Below are positions 49,560 through 61,546 of a stretch of 64,000 nt of DNA, piece by piece. The stretch covers positions 1,541-65,540 of the forward strand of contig NZ_JAPUDY010000067.1 in NCBI RefSeq assembly GCF_027492855.1, given 5' to 3'. The position numbers and the translations under genes are program-made. A model generated the notes under the pieces. The model was not told where the DNA came from. It did no database searches and worked only from the letters and a program-made list of their open reading frames with translations. The DNA comes from Acidovorax sp. (lineage in GTDB: Bacteria; Pseudomonadota; Gammaproteobacteria; Burkholderiales; Burkholderiaceae_C). Positions within the stretch are counted from its first letter, which is position 1; each line of letters begins with the position of its first letter.

Positions 49560-50204
49560 TTGCTGTCCATCATACAAGCCGCAGGCTGGCCCATCTGGCC
49601 CCTGATCGCGTGTTCCGTCCTGGGGCTGGCACTGATTTTTGAACGTTTCCTGGCCCTCAAAACGGCCCGCGTCGCACCGCCCAAACTCCTGGACGAAGCC
49701 ATCACGGTGTCGTCCAAAGCCCTGCCCACGCCCGATGTGGTGAACCAGCTCGCGCAGAACTCGGCCCTGGGCGAGGTGTTGGCCAGCGGCCTGCGCACCA
49801 TGAACAGCAACCCCCAGTGCAGCGAAACCGACCTGCGTGCCGCCATGGAAGGCACCGGCCGCGCGGTGGCCCACCGGCTGGAGAAATACCTCGCCGCCCT
49901 GGCCACCATCGCCTCGGCCGCGCCGCTGCTGGGCCTTTTGGGCACCGTGATCGGCATGATCGAGATCTTCGGATCGCAGGCGGGCGGCGGCGGCGTGGGC
50001 CAGGCCATGGGCGGCGGCAACCCCACCCAGTTGGCGCACGGCATCTCGATCGCCCTGTATAACACCGCCTTCGGCCTGATCGTGGCCATCCCTGCGCTGA
50101 TCTTCTGGCGCTACTTCCGCGCCCGTGTGGACGGCTACCTGCTCACGCTGGAGCTGGCCTCCGAGCAGTTCGTGCGCCATATCCTGCGTCTTCGCAAGAA
50201 ATGA
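49560..50204 (+). CDS. exbB: MotA/TolQ/ExbB-family proton channel protein
   Basis: 214 aa with a TTG start, containing LATIASAAPLLGLLGTVIGMI. Confidence 0.85.
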   Translation: MLSIIQAAGWPIWPLIACSVLGLALIFERFLALKTARVAPPKLLDEAITVSSKALPTPDVVNQLAQNSALGEVLASGLRTMNSNPQCSETDLRAAMEGTGRAVAHRLEKYLAALATIASAAPLLGLLGTVIGMIEIFGSQAGGGGVGQAMGGGNPTQLAHGISIALYNTAFGLIVAIPALIFWRYFRARVDGYLLTLELASEQFVRHILRLRKK

Positions 50205-50310
50205 GGCCCCCACGGTCGGCCCGCTGCGCGTGGCTCCCTGCTCCCCGAGGGGGACGCGTTTTGCCTTGGGGCGGCCCGGCGGCAAAACCTCAGCCTGAAA
50301 GGCTTCGCCA

Positions 50311-50748
50311 ATGAACTTCCGCCCCCGCACCAAGGATGAGCCCGAGATCAACCTGATCCCGTTCATCGACGTGCTGCTGGTGATCCTCATCTTTCTGATG
50401 CTGACCACCACCTACAGCAAGTTCACCGAGCTGCAGCTCACCTTGCCCGTGGCCGATGCCGAGCAACAGCGCGACCACCCCAAGGAAGTCATCGTGGCGG
50501 TGGCCGCCGATGGCCGCTATGCCGTCAACAAAACCGGCGTGGACGGCAAGGGCGTGGACGCCATCGCCCAGGCGCTGCGCAGCGCCGCCACGGCGGGGCC
50601 GGGCAGCGTGGTCATCATCAGCGCCGACGCCATGGCGCCGCACCAGTCCGTGGTCACGGTGATGGAGGCCGCGCGCCGCGTGGGCCTCACGCAGATCACC
50701 TTCGCCACGCAGTCATCGTCTGCGTCCACGCGCGCGGCCAGCCGCTGA
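50311..50748 (+). CDS. exbD: ExbD/TolR-family biopolymer transport protein
   Basis: 145 aa containing [19 protein letters not shown]. Confidence 0.85.
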   Translation: MNFRPRTKDEPEINLIPFIDVLLVILIFLMLTTTYSKFTELQLTLPVADAEQQRDHPKEVIVAVAADGRYAVNKTGVDGKGVDAIAQALRSAATAGPGSVVIISADAMAPHQSVVTVMEAARRVGLTQITFATQSSSASTRAASR

Positions 50749-50753
50749 CGGGC

Positions 50754-51824
50754 ATGCCCCAAACACCCGCCCCCCGAGCCACGGCCGAGCGGGGCCTGCA
50801 AACCATCTGGCAGACGCGCGGCCCGGCCGCCTGGGCGCTGTGGCCGGTGTCGCTGCTGTATCGCGCCCTGGTGGCGCTGCGCCGGGGGCTGTACCGCACC
50901 GGCCTGCTGCGCGCCGAGCACCCCGGCCGCCCCGTCATCGTGGTGGGCAATGTGATCGCGGGGGGCGCGGGCAAGACCCCGGTGGTCATCGCACTTGTGC
51001 AGCACCTAAAGGCCCGTGGGCTGCGCGCAGGTGTGGTCTCGCGTGGCTACGGCCGCAGCGGCCAGGACTGCCGCGCGGTGCTGCCCGACAGCCTGGCCAG
51101 CGAAGTGGGCGATGAACCCTTGCTGATCGCCCGCAGCCTGGGCGGTGGCAACGCCGTGCCGGTCTTCGTGGCCCCGCGCCGCATCACCGCAGCCCGCGCG
51201 CTGCTGGCGGCCCACCCCGACACCGACGTGATCGTCTGCGACGACGGCTTGCAGCACCTGGCGCTGCGGCGCGACCTGGAAATCTGCATCTTCAACGACG
51301 AGGGCATTGGCAACGGCTTTCTGCTGCCCGCAGGCCCCCTGCGCGAACCCTGGCCGCGTCGCGTGGATTTTGTGCTGCATGCGGGCAACGCCGCCCCCCA
51401 GGAAACGCAGGCCCCGGCGTTTGGCCTGCAGCGCCGCCTGGCGCCCCATGCACGGCGCTCCGACGGCAGCCAGGTGCCATTGGCCAGCCTGCGCGGCCAG
51501 CCCCTGCACGCACTGGCCGCCGTGGCGCGGCCCGGCGACTTCTTTGCCATGCTGCAGGCCGAGGGCCTGACGTTCGCGCGCATCGAGGCCTTGCCGGATC
51601 ACTATGATTTTGATAACTGGCAGCGCTTATCAGACAAGCGCCATCCCTTGATTTGCACCGAAAAGGATGCCGTCAAGCTGTGGTCCCGGCACCCTGACGC
51701 GCTGGCCGTGCCGCTGGCAGTGCACGTCGATCCCCTCTTTTTTGACGCCCTGGATACCCGGCTGTCGGCGCTGCTGCCCACGGCGGCGGCCCCCAAGCCG
51801 CCGCTATCATCCCCTTTTGCCTGA
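50754..51824 (+). CDS. lpxK: Tetraacyldisaccharide 4-prime-kinase
   Basis: 356 aa with [13 protein letters not shown] (P-loop), SRGYGR and TEKDAVKL. Confidence 0.9.
   Translation: MPQTPAPRATAERGLQTIWQTRGPAAWALWPVSLLYRALVALRRGLYRTGLLRAEHPGRPVIVVGNVIAGGAGKTPVVIALVQHLKARGLRAGVVSRGYGRSGQDCRAVLPDSLASEVGDEPLLIARSLGGGNAVPVFVAPRRITAARALLAAHPDTDVIVCDDGLQHLALRRDLEICIFNDEGIGNGFLLPAGPLREPWPRRVDFVLHAGNAAPQETQAPAFGLQRRLAPHARRSDGSQVPLASLRGQPLHALAAVARPGDFFAMLQAEGLTFARIEALPDHYDFDNWQRLSDKRHPLICTEKDAVKLWSRHPDALAVPLAVHVDPLFFDALDTRLSALLPTAAAPKPPLSSPFA
51607..51655 (+). repeat. R1 core hairpin M inside lpxK (in frame; encodes [16 protein letters not shown])
   Basis: attttgataactggcagcgcttatcagacaagcgccatcccttgatttg. 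The core agcgcttatcagacaagcgc is nearly identical to intergenic copy B. Confidence 0.6.
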
Positions 51825-51837
51825 ACGAACCCGCTCC

Positions 51838-52020
51838 ATGGACCCCAAACTGCTTGAACTGCTGGTCTGCCCCGTCACCAAAGGCCCCCTGACCTATGAC
51901 CGCGAGGCGCAGGAACTCGTCTCGCGCAGCGCACGGCTGGCCTACCCGGTGCGCGACGGCATTCCGGTGCTGCTCGAAAACGAAGCCCGCACGCTGACCG
52001 ACGAGGAGCTGGAGCGGTGA
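51838..52020 (+). CDS. Trm112/YcaR-family small protein
   Basis: 60 aa, [46 protein letters not shown]. Confidence 0.85.
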   Translation: MDPKLLELLVCPVTKGPLTYDREAQELVSRSARLAYPVRDGIPVLLENEARTLTDEELER

Positions 52021-52835
52021 ACAGCACAACGGCTTTGGCGGCAGGCAGCAGCTTCACCGTGCTGATCCCGGCCCGCATGGCGTCAAGCCGCCTGCCCGAC
52101 AAGCCCCTGGCCGACATTGCCGGCCTGCCCATGGTGGTGCGGGTGGCCCAGCGCGCCGCACAAAGCGCCGCCACCCGCGTGGTGGTGGCCGCCGACGACG
52201 CCCGCATTCTTGCGGCCTGCGCAGCCCATGGCGTGCAGGCCGTGATGACCCGTGCAGACCACGCCAGCGGCAGCGACCGGCTGGCCGAAGCCTGTGCCCA
52301 ATTGGGGCTGGATGGCGACGACATCGTCGTCAACGTGCAAGGCGACGAGCCCTTGATGGACCCCGGCCTCATCAACGCCGTGGCGGCCCTGCTGCCCGCG
52401 AGGCCCGAGGCCAGCATGGGCACGGCCGCCCACGCCATTGCCTCGCCGGCCGACTACGCCAACCCCAACGTGGTGAAGGTGGTGCTGGACGCACGGGGCC
52501 TGGCGCACTACTTCAGCCGCGCGCCCATTCCCTTCGCCCGCGACCATGCGGGCACCGCCTGGTGGCAAGGCGCCGCACAAGCCGCAGCCCCTGGGGTGGC
52601 CGCGCTGCAGGGCTTTGCGCCGCTGCGGCACATCGGCATCTACAGCTACCGCGCGGGGTTTCTGCGGCAGTTTCCGCAGCTCGCCCCTGCCCCCACCGAA
52701 GCGGTCGAGGCCCTGGAACAACTGCGTGCGCTCTGGCACGGCCACCACATCGCGGTGCATCTGGCGGCCACCGCACCCGGCCCCGGCGTGGACACGCCCG
52801 AAGACCTGGAGCGGGTGCGCGCGCTGCTTGGCTAA
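52017..52835 (+). CDS. kdsB: 3-deoxy-manno-octulosonate cytidylyltransferase
   Basis: The GTG start overlaps the upstream stop. Motifs are [15 protein letters not shown] and VNVQGDEP. Confidence 0.9.
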   Translation: MNSTTALAAGSSFTVLIPARMASSRLPDKPLADIAGLPMVVRVAQRAAQSAATRVVVAADDARILAACAAHGVQAVMTRADHASGSDRLAEACAQLGLDGDDIVVNVQGDEPLMDPGLINAVAALLPARPEASMGTAAHAIASPADYANPNVVKVVLDARGLAHYFSRAPIPFARDHAGTAWWQGAAQAAAPGVAALQGFAPLRHIGIYSYRAGFLRQFPQLAPAPTEAVEALEQLRALWHGHHIAVHLAATAPGPGVDTPEDLERVRALLG

Positions 52836-53007
52836 ACCCTCTGCCGCCCTTGTGCGCGCCCCCTTTTGGAGAGCGTCACCTATGTAAGTCAGCGCAAGGT
52901 AGTCACATGCTATCCTCGCCCGCAACCAGAGCACCGCATCCCGGACGCACAGAATGGCCAGAGGCGCCCTTCGAACGCCCCTGCCAGCGGCGCCACCCGA
53001 TTTCTAA

Positions 53008-53679
<672 letters not shown>

Positions 53680-53731
53680 TGTACGGGGGCTGACCACTGA
53701 TCAGCCCCATCGACGGCCTCAATTCGATGCG

Positions 53732-53760
53732 GCGACGCCCCACAAGGGCGTCGCTTTTTT
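53732..53760 (+). terminator. Rho-independent terminator after adk
   Basis: gcgacgccc-cacaa-gggcgtcgctttttt. Confidence 0.8.
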
Positions 53761-53797
53761 CATGGTGCAGCAGCGCCCTGCGCCGCACAGGTCTCTG

Positions 53798-54757
53798 TCA
53801 GCCCGCGCGCAGCAAATCAAGCACCAGCGCCACCCGCGCCTTCACCGGCGACAACCCCCGCGAGTCTGGGAACACATCTCCCGGCTTGGGCAGCACCTGC
53901 CCCTCGGCGCAGCGGGTGGCACGCACCACCTGCACCCCCGCATCCTGCGCGCGCAGCAAAGCGGCCTCCAAGGCGTGGTGAATGGTTCCGTTGCCGGTGC
54001 AGGCCACCACCAGGCCTTGCACCCCGTCGCGCACCAGGGCATCCACCCCTCGGCCCGTGGCCCCGGCATGGCTGACAACCACTTCGACCCAGGGCCATTC
54101 GCCAGCATTTGCTATATTTTCAATAGCACCTTGCGATTGACCAACCTGCGCTAGAGGCCAATTTTCTACCAAACGCACCCGCCCCTCCTCCACCCATCCC
54201 AAAGGCCCGGCATCGCCCGAATGAAAGGCATGCACTCGGTAGGGATGCGCTTTTTGCACGTAACGCGCACCGTGGATTTCCCCGGCGGCCACCAGCATCA
54301 CTCCCGTGGCGCCGGGGGCCTGCACCACGGCCACGGCATCAAGCAGGTTCTGCGGACCATCGGGCGTGAGGGCCGTGGCGGGGCGCATGGCGCAGGTCAG
54401 CACCACGGGCTTGCGGGCATCCAGCACCTCGTGCAAAAACCATGCGGTTTCTTCCAGGGTATCGGTGCCGTGCGTGATGACCAGGCCCCGCACCTCAGGG
54501 TCGTTCAAATGGTGCGCGCAGCGCAAGGCCAAGGCCCGCCACACCGCGCAGTCCATGTCCTTGCTGTCGACCTGGGCCACCTGCTCCGCCACCAGTGCGC
54601 CACCCGCCATGGCTTGCAACCCCGGAACGGCAGCCAACAGCTGTGCCACCCCCACCTGGGCAGCGGTGTAGCCAATGTTGTCCCCCGCCTGCGCCGAGGT
54701 GCCTGCAATCGTGCCCCCGGTGCCTAAAACCACAATTTTTTGCCCACTCACTTGCAT
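53798..54757 (-). CDS. L-asparaginase (no signal peptide) carrying an in-frame R1 copy
   Basis: 319 aa with VVLGTGGTIAG and ITHGTDTLEETAWFL. Confidence 0.85.
   Translation of the reverse strand: MQVSGQKIVVLGTGGTIAGTSAQAGDNIGYTAAQVGVAQLLAAVPGLQAMAGGALVAEQVAQVDSKDMDCAVWRALALRCAHHLNDPEVRGLVITHGTDTLEETAWFLHEVLDARKPVVLTCAMRPATALTPDGPQNLLDAVAVVQAPGATGVMLVAAGEIHGARYVQKAHPYRVHAFHSGDAGPLGWVEEGRVRLVENWPLAQVGQSQGAIENIANAGEWPWVEVVVSHAGATGRGVDALVRDGVQGLVVACTGNGTIHHALEAALLRAQDAGVQVVRATRCAEGQVLPKPGDVFPDSRGLSPVKARVALVLDLLRAG
54107..54165 (-). repeat. R1 copy N inside the asparaginase gene (in frame; encodes ENWPLAQVGQSQGAIENIANA)
   Basis: atttgctatattttcaatagcaccttgcgattgaccaacctgcgctagaggccaatttt. Confidence 0.75.
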
Positions 54758-54785
54758 ACTCCGAAAAACTGGTGAAAAATACAGT

Positions 54786-54805
54786 TACTGGATTAAAAAA
54801 CAGTT
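54786..54805. promoter_or_regulatory. SOS box (LexA operator) upstream of lexA
   Basis: taCTGgattaaaaaaCAGtt gives CTG-N10-CAG spacing with an AT-rich centre. It ends 36 bp upstream of the lexA ATG. Confidence 0.6.
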
Positions 54806-54840
54806 ATTCATCACTGTAACCGCCGCCACCGGAAACCACC

Positions 54841-55515
54841 ATGCTCGACAACCCCAAACTCACCGCCCGCCAGCAGCAGATTCTGGACCTCATCCAGACC
54901 GCCATCGCGCGCACCGGCGCCCCTCCAACCCGCGCAGAAATCGCGGCCGAGCTGGGGTTCAAGTCGGCCAACGCCGCAGAAGAGCACCTGCAGGCCCTGG
55001 CCCGCAAAGGTGTGATCGAACTGGTCAGCGGCACGTCGCGCGGTATTCGCCTGCGTGGCGACACAGTGCGCTCCATCAATGCAGCGCGTGGCAACCAGTT
55101 CAGCCTGCCCATTCCGGGCCTGTCGCAGCTGGTTCTGCCCTTGGTGGGGCGCGTGGCGGCGGGTTCTCCCATTCTCGCGCAGGAGCATGTAGACCAGACC
55201 TACAGTGTGGAAAACAGCCTTTTCCAGCACAAGCCCGACTACCTGCTCAAGGTGCGCGGCATGTCCATGCGCGACGCCGGCATCATGGATGGCGACCTGC
55301 TCGCCGTGCAGTCCACGCGCGAGGCACGCAACGGCCAGATCATCGTGGCCCGCCTGGGTGACGATGTCACCGTCAAGCGCCTGCGCCGCACCGCCACCGC
55401 CATCGAGCTGCTGCCCGAAAACCCCGACTACCCGGTGATCGTGGTGCAGCCCGGCGAACCCTTCGAAATCGAAGGCCTGGCGGTCGGCCTCATCCGCAAC
55501 ACCATGCTGATGTAG
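54841..55515 (+). CDS. lexA: LexA repressor
   Basis: 224 aa, [34 protein letters not shown], with the cleavage and peptidase motifs (VAAGSP, GMSM). Confidence 0.93.
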   Translation: MLDNPKLTARQQQILDLIQTAIARTGAPPTRAEIAAELGFKSANAAEEHLQALARKGVIELVSGTSRGIRLRGDTVRSINAARGNQFSLPIPGLSQLVLPLVGRVAAGSPILAQEHVDQTYSVENSLFQHKPDYLLKVRGMSMRDAGIMDGDLLAVQSTREARNGQIIVARLGDDVTVKRLRRTATAIELLPENPDYPVIVVQPGEPFEIEGLAVGLIRNTMLM

Positions 55516-55767
55516 GCCCCAGCCCCTGCTCAGGCCACACCGCGGGTGGCGGGCGTTTGGTGTGCTGGCAACGGCATACCAGCCCTGCGGTGCTGGCCCC
55601 ATGCCATGCCACAGGCCAATGCGAACGCGGCCACGATTGCCGTCTTGCGGTGCAGCACCCAGCTGCAGTGCAGGCGCCGTCACGCCCGTTATCACCCGGC
55701 CAAGACATGGCATGAAATCACTTAGCAATCCTGCCTATGTTCAACCCCCGACTTTCGGAGTTTTCAC

Positions 55768-56346
55768 ATGGGAATCGCCTTGCTCACTCTTCCAGCCCTG
55801 CAGAACCCGCTGCGCAGCCTCAAGCGCCTGTTCTTGCACCACGCCACACGCGATACGCACGCGGGTGGCGCGCCCGTGGGCCAGATGGACAACATGGGCC
55901 ATATGGGCCATCATCGTCCAGCCGCGGCCTTGGCATCGGCCCAACAACCGGCCTGGGGCACCCAGGCCCCTCATGGCGACGATGAAGCCGCCACGTCTTT
56001 GCCGCCCCCCCGCCCCACAGGCACCCAGGGCCCACGCCCACTGCGTGGCAACTGGCCTTTCACCGTCAGGCCGCCGGTTCGTACACCCGATGCTCCCACC
56101 CGGCAAACCACAGCCGCCCACCGATCCTTTTTACCCATGCCATCCATGGGCCATGGCAGCAACAGCGGTAGTAGCCGCCACGCCTTTTTTGCATCGCTGG
56201 CGGCCGATGCCGGCACGCACCGGTCTACCAGGGTCCTTCGGCGTGCATCAGACACCGGCACCGGGCGTCTGGTGATCGCGGGCCGCATGGCCGACGTGTG
56301 CGCGGAACTGGACCGCATGGCGGCCTCCGAGGCCGTTCAGGCGTAG
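55768..56346 (+). CDS. Hypothetical low-complexity protein
   Basis: 192-aa ORF preceded by GGAG, with codon GC3 bias compatible with coding. I recognise no family. Confidence 0.35.
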   Translation: MGIALLTLPALQNPLRSLKRLFLHHATRDTHAGGAPVGQMDNMGHMGHHRPAAALASAQQPAWGTQAPHGDDEAATSLPPPRPTGTQGPRPLRGNWPFTVRPPVRTPDAPTRQTTAAHRSFLPMPSMGHGSNSGSSRHAFFASLAADAGTHRSTRVLRRASDTGTGRLVIAGRMADVCAELDRMAASEAVQA

Positions 56347-56497
56347 ATTCCGCGCCAGGCCTTGTCGCTGCGCTTGCGGCGCCCGGTGGCAAATGCATCG
56401 GCCACACCAACACTCCGTCACCAAAAGTCGGGGCGTTCGGTGCGCCAAGCGGCCATCCGGCGCGGTGCGGCTTTCCTTGCCAAGGCACAATGTCGGG

Positions 56498-57505
56498 ATG
56501 AATATTGTGATCCTCGACGACTACCAAGACGCAGTGCGTAAACTGCACTGCGCCTCTCGGCTCGACGCGTACACCGCCAAGGTTTACACCAACACCGTCA
56601 AGGGACTGGGCCAACTCTCCGTGCGGCTCAAGGATGCCGACATCATCGTACTGGTGAGGGAGCGCACCCAGATTACCCGCCAGTTGGTCGAAAAGCTGCC
56701 CCGACTCAAACTCATCGCCCAAACAGGCAAGATTGGCAGCCACATCGACGTGACCGCGTGCACCGAACGCGGGATTGCAGTCGCCGAAGGGGTCGGCTCC
56801 CCAGTGGCACCTGCAGAGCTGACATGGGCGCTTGTGATGGCGTCCATGCGCAGGTTGCCCCAGTACATCTCCAACCTCAAGCACGGCGCCTGGCAGCAGT
56901 CCGGGCTGAAAACGGCCTCCATGCCCGCCAACTTTGGCCTGGGCAACGTGCTGCGCGGCAAGACGCTGGGTATCTGGGGCTACGGACGCATCGGGCAACT
57001 GGTGGCGGGCTACGGCCGGGCATTTGGCATGAACGTGCGCGTATGGGGCCGGGAGGCCTCACGCGCACAGGCGCTCACAGACGGCTACCAGGCGGCCACC
57101 ACGCGCGAAGAGTTTTTCTCGCAGTGCGACGTGATCTCGTTGCACCTGCGGCTCAACGACGAGACCCGCGGAATCATCTCGCTCGAAGACCTCTCGTGCA
57201 TGAAACCCACATCGCTGCTGGTCAACACCTCGCGCGCCGAATTGATCGAACCCGACGCTCTCATTGCCGCCCTCAACCGTGGCCGCCCCGGCATGGCAGC
57301 CGTTGACGTGTTCGAGAGCGAACCCATCCTCCAAGGCCATGCCCTGCTGCGGCTGGAGAACTGTGTTTGCACGCCCCACATCGGCTATGTCGAGCAAGAC
57401 AGCTATGAGCTTTACTTTGGTGCAGCCTTTGACAATGTGGTGAACTTCATCAAGGGCACACCCACCAACATCGTGAATCCGGGCTCCTTGCAGGTGCGGC
57501 GGTAG
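56498..57505 (+). CDS. D-isomer-specific 2-hydroxyacid dehydrogenase family protein
   Basis: ATG at 56498, 335 aa, with the NAD-binding motif GIWGYGRIGQLVA and a catalytic region TPHIGY. Confidence 0.85.
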   Translation: MNIVILDDYQDAVRKLHCASRLDAYTAKVYTNTVKGLGQLSVRLKDADIIVLVRERTQITRQLVEKLPRLKLIAQTGKIGSHIDVTACTERGIAVAEGVGSPVAPAELTWALVMASMRRLPQYISNLKHGAWQQSGLKTASMPANFGLGNVLRGKTLGIWGYGRIGQLVAGYGRAFGMNVRVWGREASRAQALTDGYQAATTREEFFSQCDVISLHLRLNDETRGIISLEDLSCMKPTSLLVNTSRAELIEPDALIAALNRGRPGMAAVDVFESEPILQGHALLRLENCVCTPHIGYVEQDSYELYFGAAFDNVVNFIKGTPTNIVNPGSLQVRR

Positions 57506-57576
57506 TCTGGACAGCCGCCTCAACGCACAACACACAACACCGGGCAAAAAAGAAAAGACTCCCCCGCTTTTCACAA

Positions 57577-57607
57577 CAAAAAAGGCTTCCCGAGGGAAGC
57601 CTTTTTT
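57577..57607. terminator. Bidirectional rho-independent terminator
   Basis: aaaaaaaggcttcc-cgag-ggaagcctttttt. Confidence 0.85.
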
Positions 57608-57656
57608 GCTATCTGCAGGGCACCTAGGTGCCTTGCAGAACGAGCCGCTCTATGAA

Positions 57657-58784
57657 TTACAGAGGGGTCTTCTTGCCGTCTTTGTAGACGTACAGCGTGA
57701 TCGAAGGGTTCTTCATTTCGCCGTTGGGTTCGAAGGCGATGGCGGAGGTCACGCCCTTGAAGTTGGCCTTGGCCAGTTCGTTCACGTACACCTTGGGGTC
57801 CACGGAGTTGGCGCGCTTCATGGCGTCGACCAGCAGGAACGTGGCGTCGTAGGTGTAGGGGCTGTAAACCTGGAACTGGCCAGGGTACTTGGCGTCGTAC
57901 TTGGCCTTCCAGGCCGTGCCGCCAGGCATCTTGGCCAGCGAGGAGCCGCCTTCAGCGCAGATCACGTTGGCCAGGGTCTTGGCACCAGCGGCCAGCTTGG
58001 CGATTTCCGACGTGCAGACGCCGTCACCACCGAAGTACTTCACGTTGCCCATGCCCAGTTGTTCCATCTGGCGCAGCATGGGGCCAGCTTGTGGGTCCAT
58101 GCCGCCGTAGAACACGGCATCAGGGTTCTTGGACTTGATGGCGGTCAGAATAGCCATGAAGTCAGTGGCTTTGTCGGTCGTGAACTGCTCGTCCACCACC
58201 TTCATACCCTTGGCGATGGCCGTCTTCTTGAACACATCTGCCACGCCTTGGCCGTAAGCGGTACGGTCGTCGATGATGGCAACGGTCTTGAGCTTCAGCG
58301 TGTCCACAGCGTAGAACGCCAGACCAGCGCCCAGGGCGTTGTCGTTGGCGATGATACGGAACGTGGTCTTGTAGCCAGGCTTGGTCAGGTTGGGGTTGGT
58401 GGCAGCGCCCGTCACCATGGGGATACCGCAGTCGTTGTAGACCTTGGATGCGGGGATGGTGGTACCGGAGTTGAGGTGACCGACAACGCCGGCAACCTTG
58501 GAGTCGCACAGCTTTTGTGCAGCGGCCGTGCCTTGCTTGGGATCAGCTGCATCATCTTCGGCTTGCAGCTCGAACTTGATCTTCTTGCCGCCGATGGTGA
58601 CGCCTTGGGCGTTCAGTTCTTCAATGGCCATGCGGGCGCCATTTTCGTTGTCCTTGCCGTAGTGAGCTTGGGCGCCGGAAACCGGAGCCACGTGGCCGAT
58701 CTTGACCACCTGCTCTTGTGCAGAGGCCACACCGGCAACAGCTGCGATAGCAGCAACCACGGTCAGTTTCAACTTCAATTGCAT
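57657..58784 (-). CDS. Branched-chain amino acid ABC transporter substrate-binding protein (LivJ/LivK-like)
   Basis: ATG at 58784, 375 aa, with a signal peptide followed by VKIGHVAPVSGAQAHYGKDNENGARMAIEELN. Confidence 0.85.
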   Translation of the reverse strand: MQLKLKLTVVAAIAAVAGVASAQEQVVKIGHVAPVSGAQAHYGKDNENGARMAIEELNAQGVTIGGKKIKFELQAEDDAADPKQGTAAAQKLCDSKVAGVVGHLNSGTTIPASKVYNDCGIPMVTGAATNPNLTKPGYKTTFRIIANDNALGAGLAFYAVDTLKLKTVAIIDDRTAYGQGVADVFKKTAIAKGMKVVDEQFTTDKATDFMAILTAIKSKNPDAVFYGGMDPQAGPMLRQMEQLGMGNVKYFGGDGVCTSEIAKLAAGAKTLANVICAEGGSSLAKMPGGTAWKAKYDAKYPGQFQVYSPYTYDATFLLVDAMKRANSVDPKVYVNELAKANFKGVTSAIAFEPNGEMKNPSITLYVYKDGKKTPL

Positions 58785-58914
58785 ATCAATCTCCAGTAAA
58801 GATAAACGCTGAGAATGTTCTTGTGTCTCAACGCAGGGGAACATATCGCAATTTACGGGCCAGATCATTAGGGAACACGATTAAATGGAAGGGAAACCAC
58901 AGGGGAATACCCTG

Positions 58915-59502
58915 TCATCCTTTTGCAGCCGTGGTTCCGCCACTGGCCAGCTCATCCGCCACGGCCTCATACACGGCGTGGCGAACCACCGATTCGATCT
59001 CTTCTCGCAGGCGCGGCAGGACCGATCTTGTCTGCTCTTGCACCACTGCGGCGATCGCTTCGCGCAAACGTTGATCCAGAACACCATCCACACGCTGCAT
59101 GACGCGGTGCACCATGTACTCTTCCATGCCATCGGGCAAAGGGCGGGCCATGGCTGGTGCAGCGCGCTCCGCGACCTTTGCCGCAGGTACCGGGCTGTGG
59201 AGAGCAGGAATCACATCCGGTGCGCGCGGCGGATTGATTGACCCTGGCGTCACCGGGGCAGGCACACGCCCCGTGGCCAACACGGAAGGCGGCGCGACGA
59301 CAGGTCGAGGCGCGGCAGGCGACGACGGGGCCGCGCCCAAGGGCTGCGGTGCAACGGCCGGAGCCGGACGGGCCGGGGGCATGACCGGGGCACGCGCCAC
59401 GGGAGTTGCCACACTGGGCGGCACCACCGGCGCGCCGGGCACCTGCACCACTTCAGTGAGCGTTGGCACAAAGCGCGGAGGCGTCTTGGGGGGCTGCACC
59501 AT
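58915..59502 (-). CDS. Proline-rich hypothetical protein, translationally coupled to holC
   Basis: The ATG at 59502 overlaps the holC stop (TGATG); the ORF track starts it at GTG 59505. About 130 aa are Pro/Ala-rich, followed by a structured C-terminal 60 aa. Confidence 0.5.
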   Translation of the reverse strand: MVQPPKTPPRFVPTLTEVVQVPGAPVVPPSVATPVARAPVMPPARPAPAVAPQPLGAAPSSPAAPRPVVAPPSVLATGRVPAPVTPGSINPPRAPDVIPALHSPVPAAKVAERAAPAMARPLPDGMEEYMVHRVMQRVDGVLDQRLREAIAAVVQEQTRSVLPRLREEIESVVRHAVYEAVADELASGGTTAAKG

Positions 59503-59936
59503 CACGCGCCTTTCAGCACCAGGTCGTGGCGCGTGATGGCATAGCCCCTCGCCGCATAGTGGCGCCAGCGCGCGCGCGCTTCGGCCCGGTCGGCTTCGTC
59601 CTGGGCGCTCACCACTTCCACCAGCCGGTCAAAACGCCCGAAGCCTTCGGGGACTTCCGCGTTCAGGTTCAGCAGCACCTCGTGGTGCGGTGCCGAGCGC
59701 GCATCCACCGCCAGCACCACCGGTGACGCCAGGACCAGTTCCTCGTCTGCATCGCTGCGGCAATGGGCCACGAAATCCTGGGGCGCCATCGCCCAAAGCA
59801 TGCGGTCCAGCGCCTCCAGCGCCTCTACAGGCGCAGCGATGACCAGGCGTGCCCCGCTGCGCTGCACTTTGCGCGCAAAGCGGCAGGCATAGGCCAGTTT
59901 GTCTGGTGCATTGAAGTGGAAGGCAACTTCGGTCAT
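59502..59936 (-). CDS. holC: DNA polymerase III subunit chi
   Basis: 144 aa, MTEVAFHFNAPDKLAYACRFARKV.., directly downstream of pepA as in many proteobacteria. Confidence 0.8.
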   Translation of the reverse strand: MTEVAFHFNAPDKLAYACRFARKVQRSGARLVIAAPVEALEALDRMLWAMAPQDFVAHCRSDADEELVLASPVVLAVDARSAPHHEVLLNLNAEVPEGFGRFDRLVEVVSAQDEADRAEARARWRHYAARGYAITRHDLVLKGA

Positions 59937-59943
59937 GGTGTGA

Positions 59944-61473
<1,530 letters not shown>

Positions 61474-61491
61474 AATCGGTGTTTTCCTTTT

Positions 61492-61539
61492 GAGCGTGCT
61501 ATGCACTTTGGTGCGCACGCGAAAGTGCATAGCACGCTC
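61492..61539. promoter_or_regulatory. Perfect 18-bp inverted repeat with a 12-nt spacer in the pepA-lptF divergent promoter
   Basis: gagcgtgctatgcacttt-ggtgcgcacgcg-aaagtgcatagcacgctc. The spacer contains the palindrome GTGCGCAC. Confidence 0.6.
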
Positions 61540-61546
61540 CAAGCCA

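Noticed and set aside
54811-55728. 305-aa minus-strand ORF overlapping lexA
   Set aside because: It is antisense to an unmistakable LexA coding sequence, has no recognisable domain, and lacks its own SD.
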